The position numbers were made by a program, and so were the translations under genes. From contig CANRQH010000001.1 of assembly GCA_947632745.1 (NCBI GenBank), positions 17,386-81,385 on the forward strand: a stretch of DNA of 64,000 nucleotides, in the 5' to 3' direction. Shown here piece after piece: positions 21,146-32,326 of the stretch. The number at the start of each line of letters is the position of its first letter. The first letter of the stretch is position 1. The notes below the pieces were generated by a model. That model was given only the letters and a program-made list of their open reading frames with translations. It was not told where the DNA came from and did no database searches. Origin of the DNA: an uncultured Clostridia bacterium. Its GTDB lineage: Bacteria > Bacillota > Clostridia > TANB77 > CAG-508.

Positions 21146-21372
21146 TACTATCTATTCTCTGTTATTTTTTATTTTACATTTTTTATTTCAAATATACTTA
21201 CGGAAGCTTTTTTTGAATCTCTTAGATTGAGATTTATTAATTTTTTATTACAATTTTATTACATTTTTCTTTTTTATTTTCGTAATCCTTAAGGATTGTA
21301 GACTTTGCTTTATTTTCTATTCACACATATTTTTTTTGTTAATATAATATACTACTAAGAGAGGTGAATTTT

Positions 21373-21531
21373 ATGAACAATAATGATATTTCTTATTTAA
21401 TGAATATGCTTGGTAAAATGGATAAAAATCAATTAAATAATGGTCTTAACAGAATCAACCAAATTTTGACTCCTGAAGAAAAGCAAAAAATTATTCAAGC
21501 TTTAAATTCTAAAAACAATGGTCAAAATTAG
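21373..21531 (+). CDS. Small hypothetical protein, 52 aa (MNNNDISYLMNMLGKMDKNQLNNGLNRINQILTPEEKQKIIQALNSKNNGQN). It is not in the ORF track because it is under 60 aa.
   Basis: The RBS agagagg lies 8 nt upstream of the ATG at 21373. The stop is TAG at 21529-21531. It shares the motif ...NMLxK..N... with the next ORF. Confidence 0.4.
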   Translation: MNNNDISYLMNMLGKMDKNQLNNGLNRINQILTPEEKQKIIQALNSKNNGQN

Positions 21532-21577
21532 CTATGAATAAGTATTATTTTAAAAAAATTAAGAAAGGATGATTTAT

Positions 21578-21973
21578 ATGGCAGAAAATGATTTAAATAA
21601 TAGTTCTTCTAATATAAACATTACTCCAGATATGATTAATAATATAGTTAATATGCTAAAAAATAACACTACCACTGCTAATAAAGCTTCCTTTAAAAAT
21701 GATTCATTTGAACATATAAGTTCAAATGATAGTGTAAATTCTGATAATAATTCCGAAAACTTTTCAAATAATATAGACTTTGAAACCATTTTAAAAATAA
21801 AGTCTATTATGGAGAATCTAAATAAAAAAGATGATCCAAGAAGCAATTTACTTTATTCTTTAAAACCTTATTTACGAGAAACTAGGCAAAAAAAATTGGA
21901 CCAATATGTTAATTTATTAAAGATTACACAAGTTACAAACTTATTTAAAAATGACAAAGGAGATGAAGGGTAA
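21578..21973 (+). CDS. Hypothetical protein with an Asn/Ser-rich low-complexity region. The likely start is the second ATG, preceded by the RBS aagga.
   Basis: ORF 21569..21973. The second Met at 21578 has better RBS spacing. No recognisable domain. Confidence 0.4.
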   Translation: MAENDLNNSSSNINITPDMINNIVNMLKNNTTTANKASFKNDSFEHISSNDSVNSDNNSENFSNNIDFETILKIKSIMENLNKKDDPRSNLLYSLKPYLRETRQKKLDQYVNLLKITQVTNLFKNDKGDEG

Positions 21974-22326
21974 TGCCTTTTTTTCGTTTTCCATTTTTTT
22001 ATAATACTAATTATTATAATTCATTGGGAAGTTACGGAATCAATAATTTCGCCCAAAAAAATAGTTTAAATTCTAATATAAATGATACTAGTAATTCGCA
22101 TAACAATATTACCATGCAAAATGCTAATTCTACATATAAAAATAATTTAGACTCACACAAAAAAAATAATTCAAAAAGTAATGTTGATAATTACTTTTTT
22201 GAATTATTTGGTTTAAAACTTTATTTTGATGATGTGTTATTAATTTGCCTTATATTTTTTTTATATGATGAAGGAGTAAGAGATAATGAATTATTTATAA
22301 GTTTAATTTTATTGCTTTTAAGTTAA
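21973..22326 (+). CDS. Hypothetical protein, 117 aa, with an Asn-rich N-terminus and a hydrophobic C-terminus.
   Basis: The ORF has its start overlapping the previous stop, consistent with coupling. The C-terminus 'LLICLIFFLYDEG...LILLLLS' is a candidate membrane anchor. Confidence 0.35.
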   Translation: MPFFRFPFFYNTNYYNSLGSYGINNFAQKNSLNSNINDTSNSHNNITMQNANSTYKNNLDSHKKNNSKSNVDNYFFELFGLKLYFDDVLLICLIFFLYDEGVRDNELFISLILLLLS

Positions 22327-22329
22327 ATT

Positions 22330-22954
22330 TTATTCAATAACAATTTCCTTTTTTTCTTTGTCAATATATATGTATGTTTCTTTATGAAGAGGTTCTTCAT
22401 CTCTATCTATTTCTTTTACTATATTTGCTATACGAAGTTGTACTGTATCTAGTTTTCCGGGTTGCAATTATTGCATTTACATTTCCCTTTGCTCCAGCAT
22501 GAGCTAAACCTCTAAGAGTTCCAAGTACTACAATATTATCTGCTGCAACTACTTCTGCTCCTGAATTTACATCTCCTAATATAACTATACTTCCTTCTTC
22601 TTCTATTTTTTGTCCAGACCTAAGTGAACCTCTATGAAATCTAGTCTCTGATATTGATATTTCTTGTATAAATGGCTTTTTAATATTGGAAAGTCCAAGT
22701 TCTTTTGGCATATCAAAATCAACGTCCACATCTATATATTCTTTTATTATTTCTTCAATTTCATCCATTTCTTTGTTTTTTAAGACTTTACCTGTTATCA
22801 TTATTGGTGTTTTTTCGTCTTTATATATTTTTTTTAACTGGATTACTTTTCTTCTAATTTGTACAATTATATCTTCAAATCTAGCTTCATTACTTATCTT
22901 TATCAATACAAGATTGTTTTTTTGGCTTACATTTATATAATTTTTCATCGTCAT
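22330..22954 (-). CDS. minC: Septum site-determining protein MinC. The frame is disrupted at an in-frame CGG (22457-22459) and a +1 shift is needed to complete it.
   Basis: The C-terminal beta-helix motifs 'GSLRSGQKIEEEGSIVILGDVNSGAEVVAADNIVVLGTLRGLAHAG' are present. After '...NAIIAT' the 0-frame ends within a few codons. The +1 frame gives 'GKLDTVQLRIANIVKEIDRDEEPLHKETYIYIDKEKKEIVIE*'. The junction on the coding strand is 'gca acc CGG Aaa'. Confidence 0.75.
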
Positions 22955-23020
22955 TTCTCCTATCCCAATAAATAATTATCTTTTGATATTTATTTATCCT
23001 AATATTTTATTTAATAGGCT

Positions 23021-25114
23021 ATCTAATATTTTCCATATAATTTATTGCCTGATTATTCTCTTGTATTTCATTTTCATTTAAATTCATTCCAAAGTATTCT
23101 GCTATAATTTCTTTTGCAACTTCTGCTGTGTAAAATCCATGTCCTCCATTTTCTACCATTACTACAACTGCTATTTCAGGGTCATTAAATGGTGCATATC
23201 CTGCAAACCATGCATTTACATCTTGCCCTGCTTCTGCTGAACCTGTTTTTCCTCCAACTTCTATATCAAAGTCTCTAAATACTGAACTTGCTGTTCCGGT
23301 CTTCTGTAACAGAACGCATTCCTTCTAATACTGCTTTAATATTTGCATCAGAAAATTTTAAATCTTCTGTTCCGTTATTTTCTAAATTTAATTTTGTTGT
23401 TACATATTGTTCTATTTCTTTTCTAGAAGATTCTGTTCCATCTGCATTTAGTATTCTTTTTATTATTGTTGGTTCTATTTTGCTTCCACCATTTGCAACC
23501 ATTGCAACATATTTTGCTATTTGTATAGGTGAAAAGTTATTATAACTTTGACCAATAGCAGTTGATAAAGTTTGTCCTGCCGACCATGTTTCGTTTAAAG
23601 CTTTTGCAGCTTCTGGTGATGCCAATGTTCCTGATGTTTCACTTGGTAATTCTATACCTGTCTTTTTGCCTAATCCAAAATATGTAGCATATTTATCTAT
23701 AGTTTCTATTCCTACTCTATTTCCTACTTCATAAAAGAAATAATTACATGAATTTTTTATTGCATCTGAAACATTTTGCCATCCATGTCCTCTATGATAA
23801 CTTGTATAGTACCAACAAACTGGTTGATAATCTCTATATTTTGTGTATCTTCCTGTGTCATTTATTTTTTCTGATGTTGAAATTGCCCCAGTCTCTAGCC
23901 CTGCTAATGCTGTTACCATTTTAAATATTGAACCTGGCGCATATGCACCTTGTATTGCTTTATTAAACAAAGCATTGTTTTCTTTGATTTTATTATATTC
24001 TGTTGTGCTTATCCCCCCTACCCATGAATTTGGGTTGTAATCTGGATTACTTGCCATTGCAATTATTTCGCCAGAATGTACATCTATTACAACAACTGTA
24101 CCACCTTTGGCATCATATCTATCAGAAAATCCTCCGCTTCTTATTTTATTTATATTATTTTTTAAGGCTGTTTCTGCTACTTGTTGAAGCTTAGAATCTA
24201 TTGAAAGTACAACTGTAGAACCTTGCTTTGCTTCTTGTGTTACAGTTTCTCCTGTAACAGTACCATCAACCGACATTTCTATTTCTTGTTTTCCGCTTTT
24301 GTCCTCTTAAATAATCTTCGAACAATGCTTCTATACCTGTTTTTCCAACATAGTCATCATTATTGTAAATTTCTTTTTGTTCATTATATTCTTTTTCACT
24401 AATTTTTCCTATATATCCTAATATGTGTGAGGCTAAATTGTCATAATTATATTTTCTTGTACTTTCAGTTGTAATTGTAACACCTGGAAATTCAGCATTT
24501 TTTTCACTTATTTGTGCTATTATTTCTCTTGGTACGTTTTCTGCAAGTCCTATGGATTTAGTACTACTGTAGCCTTTTGTAGTTATTTCATATCTTATAG
24601 ATATTATTTTTCTTGCTTGCTCTAAATTTTGACTACTTATATCATATTTGTCTATAAAAAAGTTTATTGCTTGCTCAGGAGTTGCATTTTCTTCTAATTT
24701 ATAGCGTTTTAACCATTTTGAAAGTTCTTCTCCTTCGATTGTATAAGCTGTGCATTCATTATTTATAGGAAAATTATTTGGGTAATTTATTTTATATTTT
24801 TCAAATAAATTTATTAAATTTAAAATGCAATTATTTAATGTTTCATCATCTGATTTTGTTTTATATAATTCTAAGTTAAAAGCACTTGTACTTGTTGCTA
24901 GCTCATTTCCTGACCTGTCTACAATTTGCCCTCTTGTTGCTTCTAATGTGCTTTCTCTCGAAAGTCTTGTGTTAGAAGTTTCTCTATATTCTGCACCTTT
25001 TACTATTTGTAATTCAAACAACTTTATTATTAATATTACACCAATAATGTAAACTAAAATTATTAAAATATTAAATCTTAAATTTGTATATTCTTTTTTT
25101 ATTCGTTTTTTCAA
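23021..25114 (-). CDS. mrdA: Penicillin-binding protein 2 (elongasome transpeptidase). It lies in three frame segments with two CGG-associated breaks, at 24293-24295 and 23295-23297.
   Basis: ORFs 24266..25114 (N-terminal TM and dimerisation domain) and 23275..24276 (transpeptidase region including 'KTGT'-like and SxN motifs) are continuous after removing one C before GGA ('aag CGG Aaa'). The C-terminus 'GTASSVFRDFDIEVGGKTGSAEAGQDVNAWFAGYAPFNDPEIAVVVMVENGGHG...' is in a third frame after 'gac CGG Aac'. Confidence 0.8.
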
Positions 25115-25145
25115 TATTTCACCTTCTTTTGGTTAAATGTAAAAG

Positions 25146-25680
25146 TTAAAAATATCTTGTTAAAATTTTGTTGTTTTTGTATTCTTCTTCTATTATATAA
25201 CCTGATTTTTGAATTAATGGATATAATATTATTGTAATTATTATATTGTAAACACTTTCTATTAAAAGTATTTTTATAAATTGAGTTATTTCAAAAGAAT
25301 AACTATATATAAAATAACCTAATATATATGACCCTATTTCATATATACATGTACTTATTACTACCATAAGCATTATTGAAATTCTACTCTCTTTTGAAAA
25401 GTTTTTATCAAAAATTCCTCCAATTAAACCAACCGTTCCCAACATTATTGCCGAAATTCCTACTTTTCTGCCTATAAATAAGTCTAGTAATAATCCGAAA
25501 TATAATTCCATAAGATACCCCGGCTATTTTGTTATAAAATAAGCCTATAAATAAAATAAATATTATAAACATATTTGGCATTACACCAGCTATTTTAAAC
25601 CAAGTAAACAGGTTCTGATGTAATAAGTATATTATTATAAATGCAATTATTAATAGTATGTTTATCAATACTTTTTTCAT
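25146..25680 (-). CDS. mreD: Rod shape-determining protein MreD, with the frame broken at the in-frame CGG at 25496-25498.
   Basis: Two overlapping ORFs (25408..25680 and 25146..25511) are both multi-TM. Removing the C in 'ttt CGG Att' gives the continuous '...AGVSYGIIFGLLLDLFIGRKVGISAIMLG...'. Its position between mreC and mrdA is as expected. Confidence 0.7.
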
Positions 25681-25711
25681 TTACTTTCTACTTTCCTTTC
25701 AAAAATTAGAA

Positions 25712-26527
25712 TTAATTTGTTATTACTAGCACTGTTTCTAGTTTATTAAAGTCAACTGCTGTTTCTACTAAGGCATATCTATCTTCTAAATTTGTAGTGT
25801 TTATTACTTTCGATACTTTACCTATATATATACCTTTTGGATATATGCCTCCCAAACCAGATGTTTCTACTGTATCGTCTTGTGCTATATTGGCTTCTGT
25901 AGGTATATATACACTTTTTAAAGTTTTATTTTCTTGAAGCATACCTTTGCAAACTACACTATCTCTTGAAGAGCTTAGCAAGCTACTTGTATTACTTGAT
26001 GAATCTATTATTGTTTGAACTTTTGATGTTGTATCTGTTGCTGAAATTACATATCCTACTAGTCCTTCCGAGGCTATTACTGTCATATTTTCATGTATTC
26101 CACTATTTGTTCCTGCATTTATTATTATTGTTTTTGAATAGTTGCTTATATCACGACTTATTACATCTGCTGCAACTGTTTGGTAATCTTTATATTTTTC
26201 TGATAAATTTAAATATTCTTTTAGTGTTTGATTTTCTGCTTTTATTGTTTCAAATTCTCTAAGTTTTTCTTCTAATTCATTATTCCTTGCTGTTAGTTCT
26301 TCATTTTGTGACTTTAAATCATTTATATTAGTAAAAAAAGATGAATTTCCATGTAGTTTGTTTTTTACGTATGTAAGTCCATTTTGAATTGGATTTACTA
26401 GTTTATTGGCAATATTTTCTATGTATGATAAATTACTATTTTCTGTATTTGTTAAAATTACAAGTAATATCAATATTATTATTGTTATTATTATTCCTAT
26501 AATCCCACTTTTTTTATTTTTGTACAT
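25712..26527 (-). CDS. mreC: Rod shape-determining protein MreC.
   Basis: It has an N-terminal TM segment, a coiled-coil, and beta-barrel repeats '...GLVGYVISATDTTSKVQTIIDSSS...GGIYPKGIYIGKV...'. Synteny is mreB-mreC-mreD. Confidence 0.85.
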   Translation of the reverse strand: MYKNKKSGIIGIIITIIILILLVILTNTENSNLSYIENIANKLVNPIQNGLTYVKNKLHGNSSFFTNINDLKSQNEELTARNNELEEKLREFETIKAENQTLKEYLNLSEKYKDYQTVAADVISRDISNYSKTIIINAGTNSGIHENMTVIASEGLVGYVISATDTTSKVQTIIDSSSNTSSLLSSSRDSVVCKGMLQENKTLKSVYIPTEANIAQDDTVETSGLGGIYPKGIYIGKVSKVINTTNLEDRYALVETAVDFNKLETVLVITN

Positions 26528-26616
26528 AATAATTTATCCTTTCTTTTTTTACTTTTTATATATATTTTTTATAGGTTACTTCGTATTCCCTTTATCTATA
26601 AACGTTTTTTCTGTAA

Positions 26617-27659
<1,043 letters not shown>

Positions 27660-27664
27660 TTATT

Positions 27665-28378
27665 TCATTCCTTTCCCAATTTTGATTTCCATTTTTCTAT
27701 AGTTTTTATACTGATGTATTCATTATTTCCTATTACAATATGGTCTAATAGTTCTATTCCAATAACTTTTGCAGCTTCTTCTAATCTTTTTGTAATTTCA
27801 TAATCTTGATTGCTAGGTGTTGCATTTCCGACTTGGATGATTATGCACAAGTATCATTTTGGGTGCATTAATTTTTACCGCTTCTGATAAAATATTTCTC
27901 ATTCCAATGTTTACAAAATTGTTTCCACCTACTGCTACGTTTTTAATTTTTAGTATATTTAGCCCATTATCTAATAATACTATTTTTGCTATTTCTATTT
28001 TTTCGTGTTGCATTTCATTCATTAGTATTTTAACTATATCATTTGGTTCTTTTATTTTAATTTTTCTATAATTTAATGGCGTATTCATTCTACATGCAAG
28101 TTCACATACTGCTTTTAGCTGTATTGCTTTTACACGTCCTAGACCTTTTATTTTAGTTAGCTCTTCTATACTTATTTCTCTTAAAAAACTTAAATCGTCT
28201 TTACCATACATTTCGTTTAAGTTTAGTATTTTTCTTGCTATATCTACACTTGTAAGTTCTTTAGTTCCTGTTTTTATTATTATAGCTAGTAATTCTGCAT
28301 TACTTAAACTTTTTTCTCCGAAGTAATTCTAACTTTTCATATGGTCTTTCACTTGTTGGTAATTCTTTTATTGTCAAT
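27665..28378 (-). CDS. radC: RadC-like JAMM/MPN protein (UPF0758), in three frame segments. The CGG-associated breaks are at 28318-28320 and 27828-27830. A TTG start is likely.
   Basis: The sequence 'LTIKELPTSERPYEKLELL' is followed after 'ctt CGG Aga' by 'GEKSLSNAELLAIIIKTGTKELTSVDIARKILNLNEMYGKDD...'. After 'agt CGG Aaa' the JAMM motif is restored as 'ILVHNHPSGNATPSNQD...ELLDHIVIG'. Confidence 0.8.
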
Positions 28379-28409
28379 TAATTTTCCTTTCCGCCCCTTA
28401 GTTGTTTTT

Positions 28410-28667
28410 TTAAACCTTTCTATATATGAAAATTGCTATTGCCATTCCTATTATGCTGGCAATATTTATCTTTATTGTAAATGCAAATGTAATACTTATT
28501 ATGCTTAAATTTAATACAAATGGATTTTCTAACCCAAATTGCTGTCCAAACGATAACCACCATAATCCGCTTACATTTCCTGCTAAATCTCCTAGTAATC
28601 CTCCTATTACTAATCCACTTAGTATAAATATTAATAGTATCCAAAAACTTTTATCTCTTACTGCCAT
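28410..28667 (-). CDS. DUF4321-like small membrane protein.
   Basis: The ORF has a strong RBS (aaggaggagc) before the internal Met (MAVRDKSFWILLIFILSGLVIGGLLGDLAGNVSGLWWLSFG...). It contains 'agc gga' read normally as Ser-Gly. Confidence 0.6.
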   Translation of the reverse strand: MAVRDKSFWILLIFILSGLVIGGLLGDLAGNVSGLWWLSFGQQFGLENPFVLNLSIISITFAFTIKINIASIIGMAIAIFIYRKV

Positions 28668-28981
28668 TTTTGCTCCTCCTTTGTTTTTTCTCCTCTTACG
28701 GATTTTCATGTTTATGTGACTTTTATATTATATATTGATTTTATAATTTTTTCAAGCAAATTGTAGATTTTTTTTATTTTTTATGATATTGTAATTATAA
28801 TTTACAAAATTTAATGGAAAAAATTGTGGCTTTAAATACAATCATTTTTATAGTATAATATTTTTAGCAGATATTTTTCTTATACATATAATGCTTGGGA
28901 GGATATTTTAGTTTGAAAGCAAGTAAACTTTCATATCTATGCATATTTTCCAAGTGAAGTGAGAAAAGAAAGGAATTTTAT

Positions 28982-29633
28982 ATGAAGATTGAAAAACTTA
29001 CAGATAATAAAATTAGAATAATAATTAACCTTGATGAACTTCCAGAAAAAGGTATGGATATACATAGTTTTGCAAAAAATCAAAATGCTACCCGGATCTC
29101 TTTTTCAAAATATTTTAAGTGAAGCAGAAAAACAAGTTGGTTTTAAAGTCCAAAATTGTAGATTACTTGTTGAAGCATTTTTTACCTCTGAAGGATATAT
29201 TGTGTTTACTTTAACAAGATATAAAAATGAAACAAATTCTATATCATCATCAACATCTGCGTTAGCTGGATCTAAAAAAGTAAAATTTAAAAGAAAAACT
29301 CCTGATGGTTCGTGTTCAAATGCAATATATAAATTTAATACTTTTGAAGAATTTTGCAACTTTTGTACATACTGCAATAGCTCAAAGCTAAGTGATTTAA
29401 AGAGCTTTGCAAAAAATATTTCCTTATATGAATATAACAATTTATATTATTTAGTATTTACAAATATTAATGTAGATTATAAAAATATAAAATTATTTTA
29501 CACATCTATTTCCGAGTTTTCAAACTTAGTTAGTAACTCTATTACATTAAAAAGTAAATTAGATGAATATGGAAAAATAATCTTTAAAACAAATGCTATA
29601 AAAAATGGAATAAAATATTTTTCAAATATTTAA
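28982..29633 (+). CDS. mecA: MecA-like adaptor protein (ClpC adaptor / competence regulator), with the frame broken at the in-frame CGG at 29093-29095.
   Basis: The N-terminus 'MKIEKLTDNKIRIIINLDELPEKGMDIHSFAKNQNAT' terminates in frame 0. Removing the C in 'acc CGG Atc' continues into 'GSLFQNILSEAEKQVGFKVQNCRLLVEAFFTSEGYIVFTLTRYK...' (ORF 29031..29633). Confidence 0.65.
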
Positions 29634-29703
29634 CTAAATTTATGGATTATTTTTTATAAATATGTTATTATAATAATATCTTTATAAAGAGGTGGTGAAT
29701 ATA

Positions 29704-30387
29704 ATGATTCCATATGATGATTCTGATGCTATAAGAACAGTAGATACTAATTCAATTTTAACAAATACATTTTTTAGAATGTTTTTAGGTTTGTTAGCTA
29801 GCGCCCTTACTGCTTTTTATGCATATTATTCAGGAATGTATTACAATATTATTGCTAATGGATATTACCTTATTTTAGCAGTGGTCGAAATAGTAGTTGT
29901 TTTAGTATTTTCACTTTTATTTAAAAAACTATCTCCAACTGCTGTTACAGTTCTGTATTTTGCTTATGCATTTTTGAATGGATTTACTTTGGCTGTAGTA
30001 TTTGCTGCATATGAAATGACTTCTGTTGCATATGCTTTTTTAGGAACAGCTGGTCTTTTTGGTGTATTATCTCTTATTGGATATAAGACTAAAAAGGATT
30101 TATCAAATTGGGGAACTATTCTTACAATTGCTTTACTTATAGGTATTGTTTTAACTCTTGTAAACTTTTTTATCGGAAGTACAATGTTAGATGTTGTTCT
30201 TGATTGGGCAATTTTGTTTATATTTTTCGGTATTACTGTTTACGATATGAATAAAATTAAGGCAATGCAAGAAATGGGATTTTGTGAAGACGAAAAATTG
30301 TATGTTTATGGAGCTATGGAATTGTACCTAGATTTCATTAACATTTTCTTAAGAATTTTGTCTTTATTTGGAAAACGTAGAGATTAG
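29704..30387 (+). CDS. Bax-inhibitor-1/YccA (TMBIM) family membrane protein.
   Basis: A seven-TM profile with the characteristic C-terminal 'LELYLDFINIFLRILSLFG'. The RBS agaggtgg lies 8 nt before the ATG at 29704. Confidence 0.7.
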   Translation: MIPYDDSDAIRTVDTNSILTNTFFRMFLGLLASALTAFYAYYSGMYYNIIANGYYLILAVVEIVVVLVFSLLFKKLSPTAVTVLYFAYAFLNGFTLAVVFAAYEMTSVAYAFLGTAGLFGVLSLIGYKTKKDLSNWGTILTIALLIGIVLTLVNFFIGSTMLDVVLDWAILFIFFGITVYDMNKIKAMQEMGFCEDEKLYVYGAMELYLDFINIFLRILSLFGKRRD

Positions 30388-30391
30388 ATAA

Positions 30392-30428
30392 AAAATCACT
30401 CTAATTTATGGAGTGATTTTTAGTTGTT
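30392..30428 (+). terminator. Rho-independent terminator.
   Basis: A 10-bp stem (aaaatcactc / gagtgatttt) followed by a T-rich tract, immediately after the BI-1 gene stop. Confidence 0.55.
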
Positions 30429-30449
30429 ACAATTCACCGTTTATAATCT

Positions 30450-30493
30450 AAAAATTAATAAAATTTTCATAAAAAGCTTTGTCCTTTACTTTT
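30450..30493. repeat. Conserved 44-nt block (copy 1) shared with 61774-61817.
   Basis: aaaaattaataaaattttcataaaaagctttgtcctttactttt matches aaaaattaataaaattttcataaaaggcttcgtcctttactttt with 2 mismatches in 44 positions. Confidence 0.5.
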
Positions 30494-30527
30494 AGTTTTA
30501 TTTCATTAAAAGACTTTTAAAAAAACT

Positions 30528-30558
30528 CTTGCAAAATACTAAAAATCAAAGTATAATA
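30528..30558 (+). promoter_or_regulatory. Sigma-A-type promoter of the tRNA-Arg gene.
   Basis: TTGCAA, a 17-nt spacer, then TATAAT. The -10 ends about 19 nt before the mature tRNA 5' end. Confidence 0.6.
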
Positions 30559-30576
30559 TATAGGTAGTTTTTATAT

Positions 30577-30653
<77 letters not shown>

Positions 30654-30692
30654 TATAAAAACTACAAAAGATACTATTGGAGTGTGATTTTA

Positions 30693-30983
30693 ATGAGTGA
30701 AAATAAAAAGCAAAACATTATTGATATTACCCATATTATAGATATACTTACATTAAAAGAAACCGAAACTTTAAAAGAATTTGCAGAGAAATTGCTCGAT
30801 ATGAAAGTATTAATGTTAGCTCCTGATGCCATTTTAGAAAATATGGATACAACAGAAAAGTTAATGTTAATTGATTATTATTCAAAAAGTGAAGAAGAAA
30901 GAAAAAAAAATGAAGATGAAGCAATCTCTTTTGAAGAATGTTTAAAGAAGGCAGGGTTGACTATTAATGACATACAAAATTGA
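30693..30983 (+). CDS. Putative antitoxin partner of the RelE/ParE toxin (96 aa, fold unassigned).
   Basis: The RBS ggag is followed by ATG at 30693 (MSENKKQNIIDIT...). It overlaps the toxin gene by 17 nt, the classic type II TA arrangement. The track ORF 30618.. begins inside the tRNA and is spurious upstream. Confidence 0.45.
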   Translation: MSENKKQNIIDITHIIDILTLKETETLKEFAEKLLDMKVLMLAPDAILENMDTTEKLMLIDYYSKSEEERKKNEDEAISFEECLKKAGLTINDIQN

Positions 30984-31221
30984 AATTGAAAAAAAAGCTC
31001 AAAAATTTATTGACAAACAAGATAAAACACAACAAACACGAATTTACAAATCTATTTATATGTTACCAAATGGTGATACTAAAAAATTGCAAACCAAACA
31101 AGAATTATATAGATTAAGAGTTGGTGAATTTCGTTTTGTATATAAAATAATTGATGATAAAATTTTAATTAAGATTATAGATGCTGATAATAGAGGCGAT
31201 ATTTATAAAAAATATAAATAA
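30967..31221 (+). CDS. RelE/ParE-family type II toxin.
   Basis: 84 aa containing 'YRLRVGEFRFVYKIIDDKILIKIIDADNRGDIY', which matches the RelE/ParE core. Confidence 0.7.
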   Translation: MTYKIEIEKKAQKFIDKQDKTQQTRIYKSIYMLPNGDTKKLQTKQELYRLRVGEFRFVYKIIDDKILIKIIDADNRGDIYKKYK

Positions 31222-31290
31222 TACTATATATAATTTATTATTTATTTGAATATATCAAAATGATTACAAGTTATTTAATAGGAGTCTTTT

Positions 31291-31707
31291 ATGAGTTGCA
31301 TATATGAAAGAAAAATAAATTATTATGAAACAGATAAAATGGGAATTGTACATCATTCAAATTATATTAGATTTTTAGAAGAATCAAGATGTTTTTGGTT
31401 AGAAAAAATCAATATGCCATTTTCTGTTTTAGAAGAAAATGGTATAACAATACCTGTTTTAGGTGTTAATTGCACATATAAACATCATGTTACTTTTGCA
31501 GATACAATACTAATTAGACCTTATGTAAAAGAATATTCTGGTGTTAGAATGACAATTGGTTATGATGTTACAAATAAAGAAACAGGAGAAACTGTTATCA
31601 TTGCAGAAACAAAGCATTGTTTTACAGATAAAAATTTAAAACCAATTAATTTAAAAAAATATAATATTGAATTTAGTAATAAATTTGAAAATTTAATAGA
31701 GAGATAG
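31291..31707 (+). CDS. Hotdog-fold acyl-CoA thioesterase (YbgC/4HBT family).
   Basis: 'YETDKMGIVHHSNYIRFLEESR' is the catalytic N-terminal motif of the 4HBT family. The protein is 138 aa. Confidence 0.7.
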   Translation: MSCIYERKINYYETDKMGIVHHSNYIRFLEESRCFWLEKINMPFSVLEENGITIPVLGVNCTYKHHVTFADTILIRPYVKEYSGVRMTIGYDVTNKETGETVIIAETKHCFTDKNLKPINLKKYNIEFSNKFENLIER

Positions 31708-31720
31708 TAAACTCTTGCAA

Positions 31721-31758
31721 AAGGCCCCAAAGTTTATATAAACCTTAGGGCTTTTTTA
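31721..31758. terminator. Bidirectional rho-independent terminator between convergent genes.
   Basis: An imperfect hairpin (ggcccc...aaagtttata/tataaacctt...agggc) followed by TTTTTTATT. It sits between the thioesterase (+) and ogt (-). Confidence 0.45.
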
Positions 31759-32268
31759 TTAATTAATGCACGCCTTTTGTTCTATTTCGAGTAATTTTCT
31801 CTTAGTTTCAATTCCACCTGCATATCCTGTCAAACTGCCATCTGCACCTACAACTCTGTGGCAAGGTATAATAATAGATATTGGGTTATGCCCAATCGCA
31901 CCACCAATAGCTTGTGCAGACATTTTTTCTATATTTTTTACTTTTGCTACTTTTTTTGATATTTCCCCATAAGTTGTAGTTTCTCCATATGGAATCTCAA
32001 GAAGAAATTTCCATACTAGCTTTCTAAATTCACTTCCCATTGACTTTAGCGGAAGTTCTGTATTCATAGTTTTTTCTCCTTTAAAATATCTATCTAACCA
32101 TTTTCTAGTTTCAATAAATATCTCTAAATCATTTTTTTCTTCTATTTCACCCGAAATCGTTTCTTTAAAATATTTTTGTTCTTCTATCCAAAGTCCTATA
32201 ATATTTACACCATCACTTGCTATAGTTAACTTTCCCACTGGAGAAAAATAATTTGTATAATAAACCAT
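31759..32268 (-). CDS. ogt: Methylated-DNA-protein-cysteine methyltransferase.
   Basis: The active site 'IPCHRVV' and the helix-turn-helix region are present. The likely start is the internal Met preceded by the RBS aggggta. Confidence 0.8.
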   Translation of the reverse strand: MVYYTNYFSPVGKLTIASDGVNIIGLWIEEQKYFKETISGEIEEKNDLEIFIETRKWLDRYFKGEKTMNTELPLKSMGSEFRKLVWKFLLEIPYGETTTYGEISKKVAKVKNIEKMSAQAIGGAIGHNPISIIIPCHRVVGADGSLTGYAGGIETKRKLLEIEQKACIN

Positions 32269-32326
32269 ATCTATACCCCTAATATTTTTTATTATACTAA
32301 CATAAAAACTTTGAATTATCAACTTT

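Noticed and set aside
21096-21372. A c-di-GMP riboswitch upstream of the adhesin operon (as seen for some clostridial adhesins).
   Set aside because: A near-consensus sigma-A promoter lies about 20 nt upstream of the RBS. This leaves essentially no 5' UTR for an aptamer.
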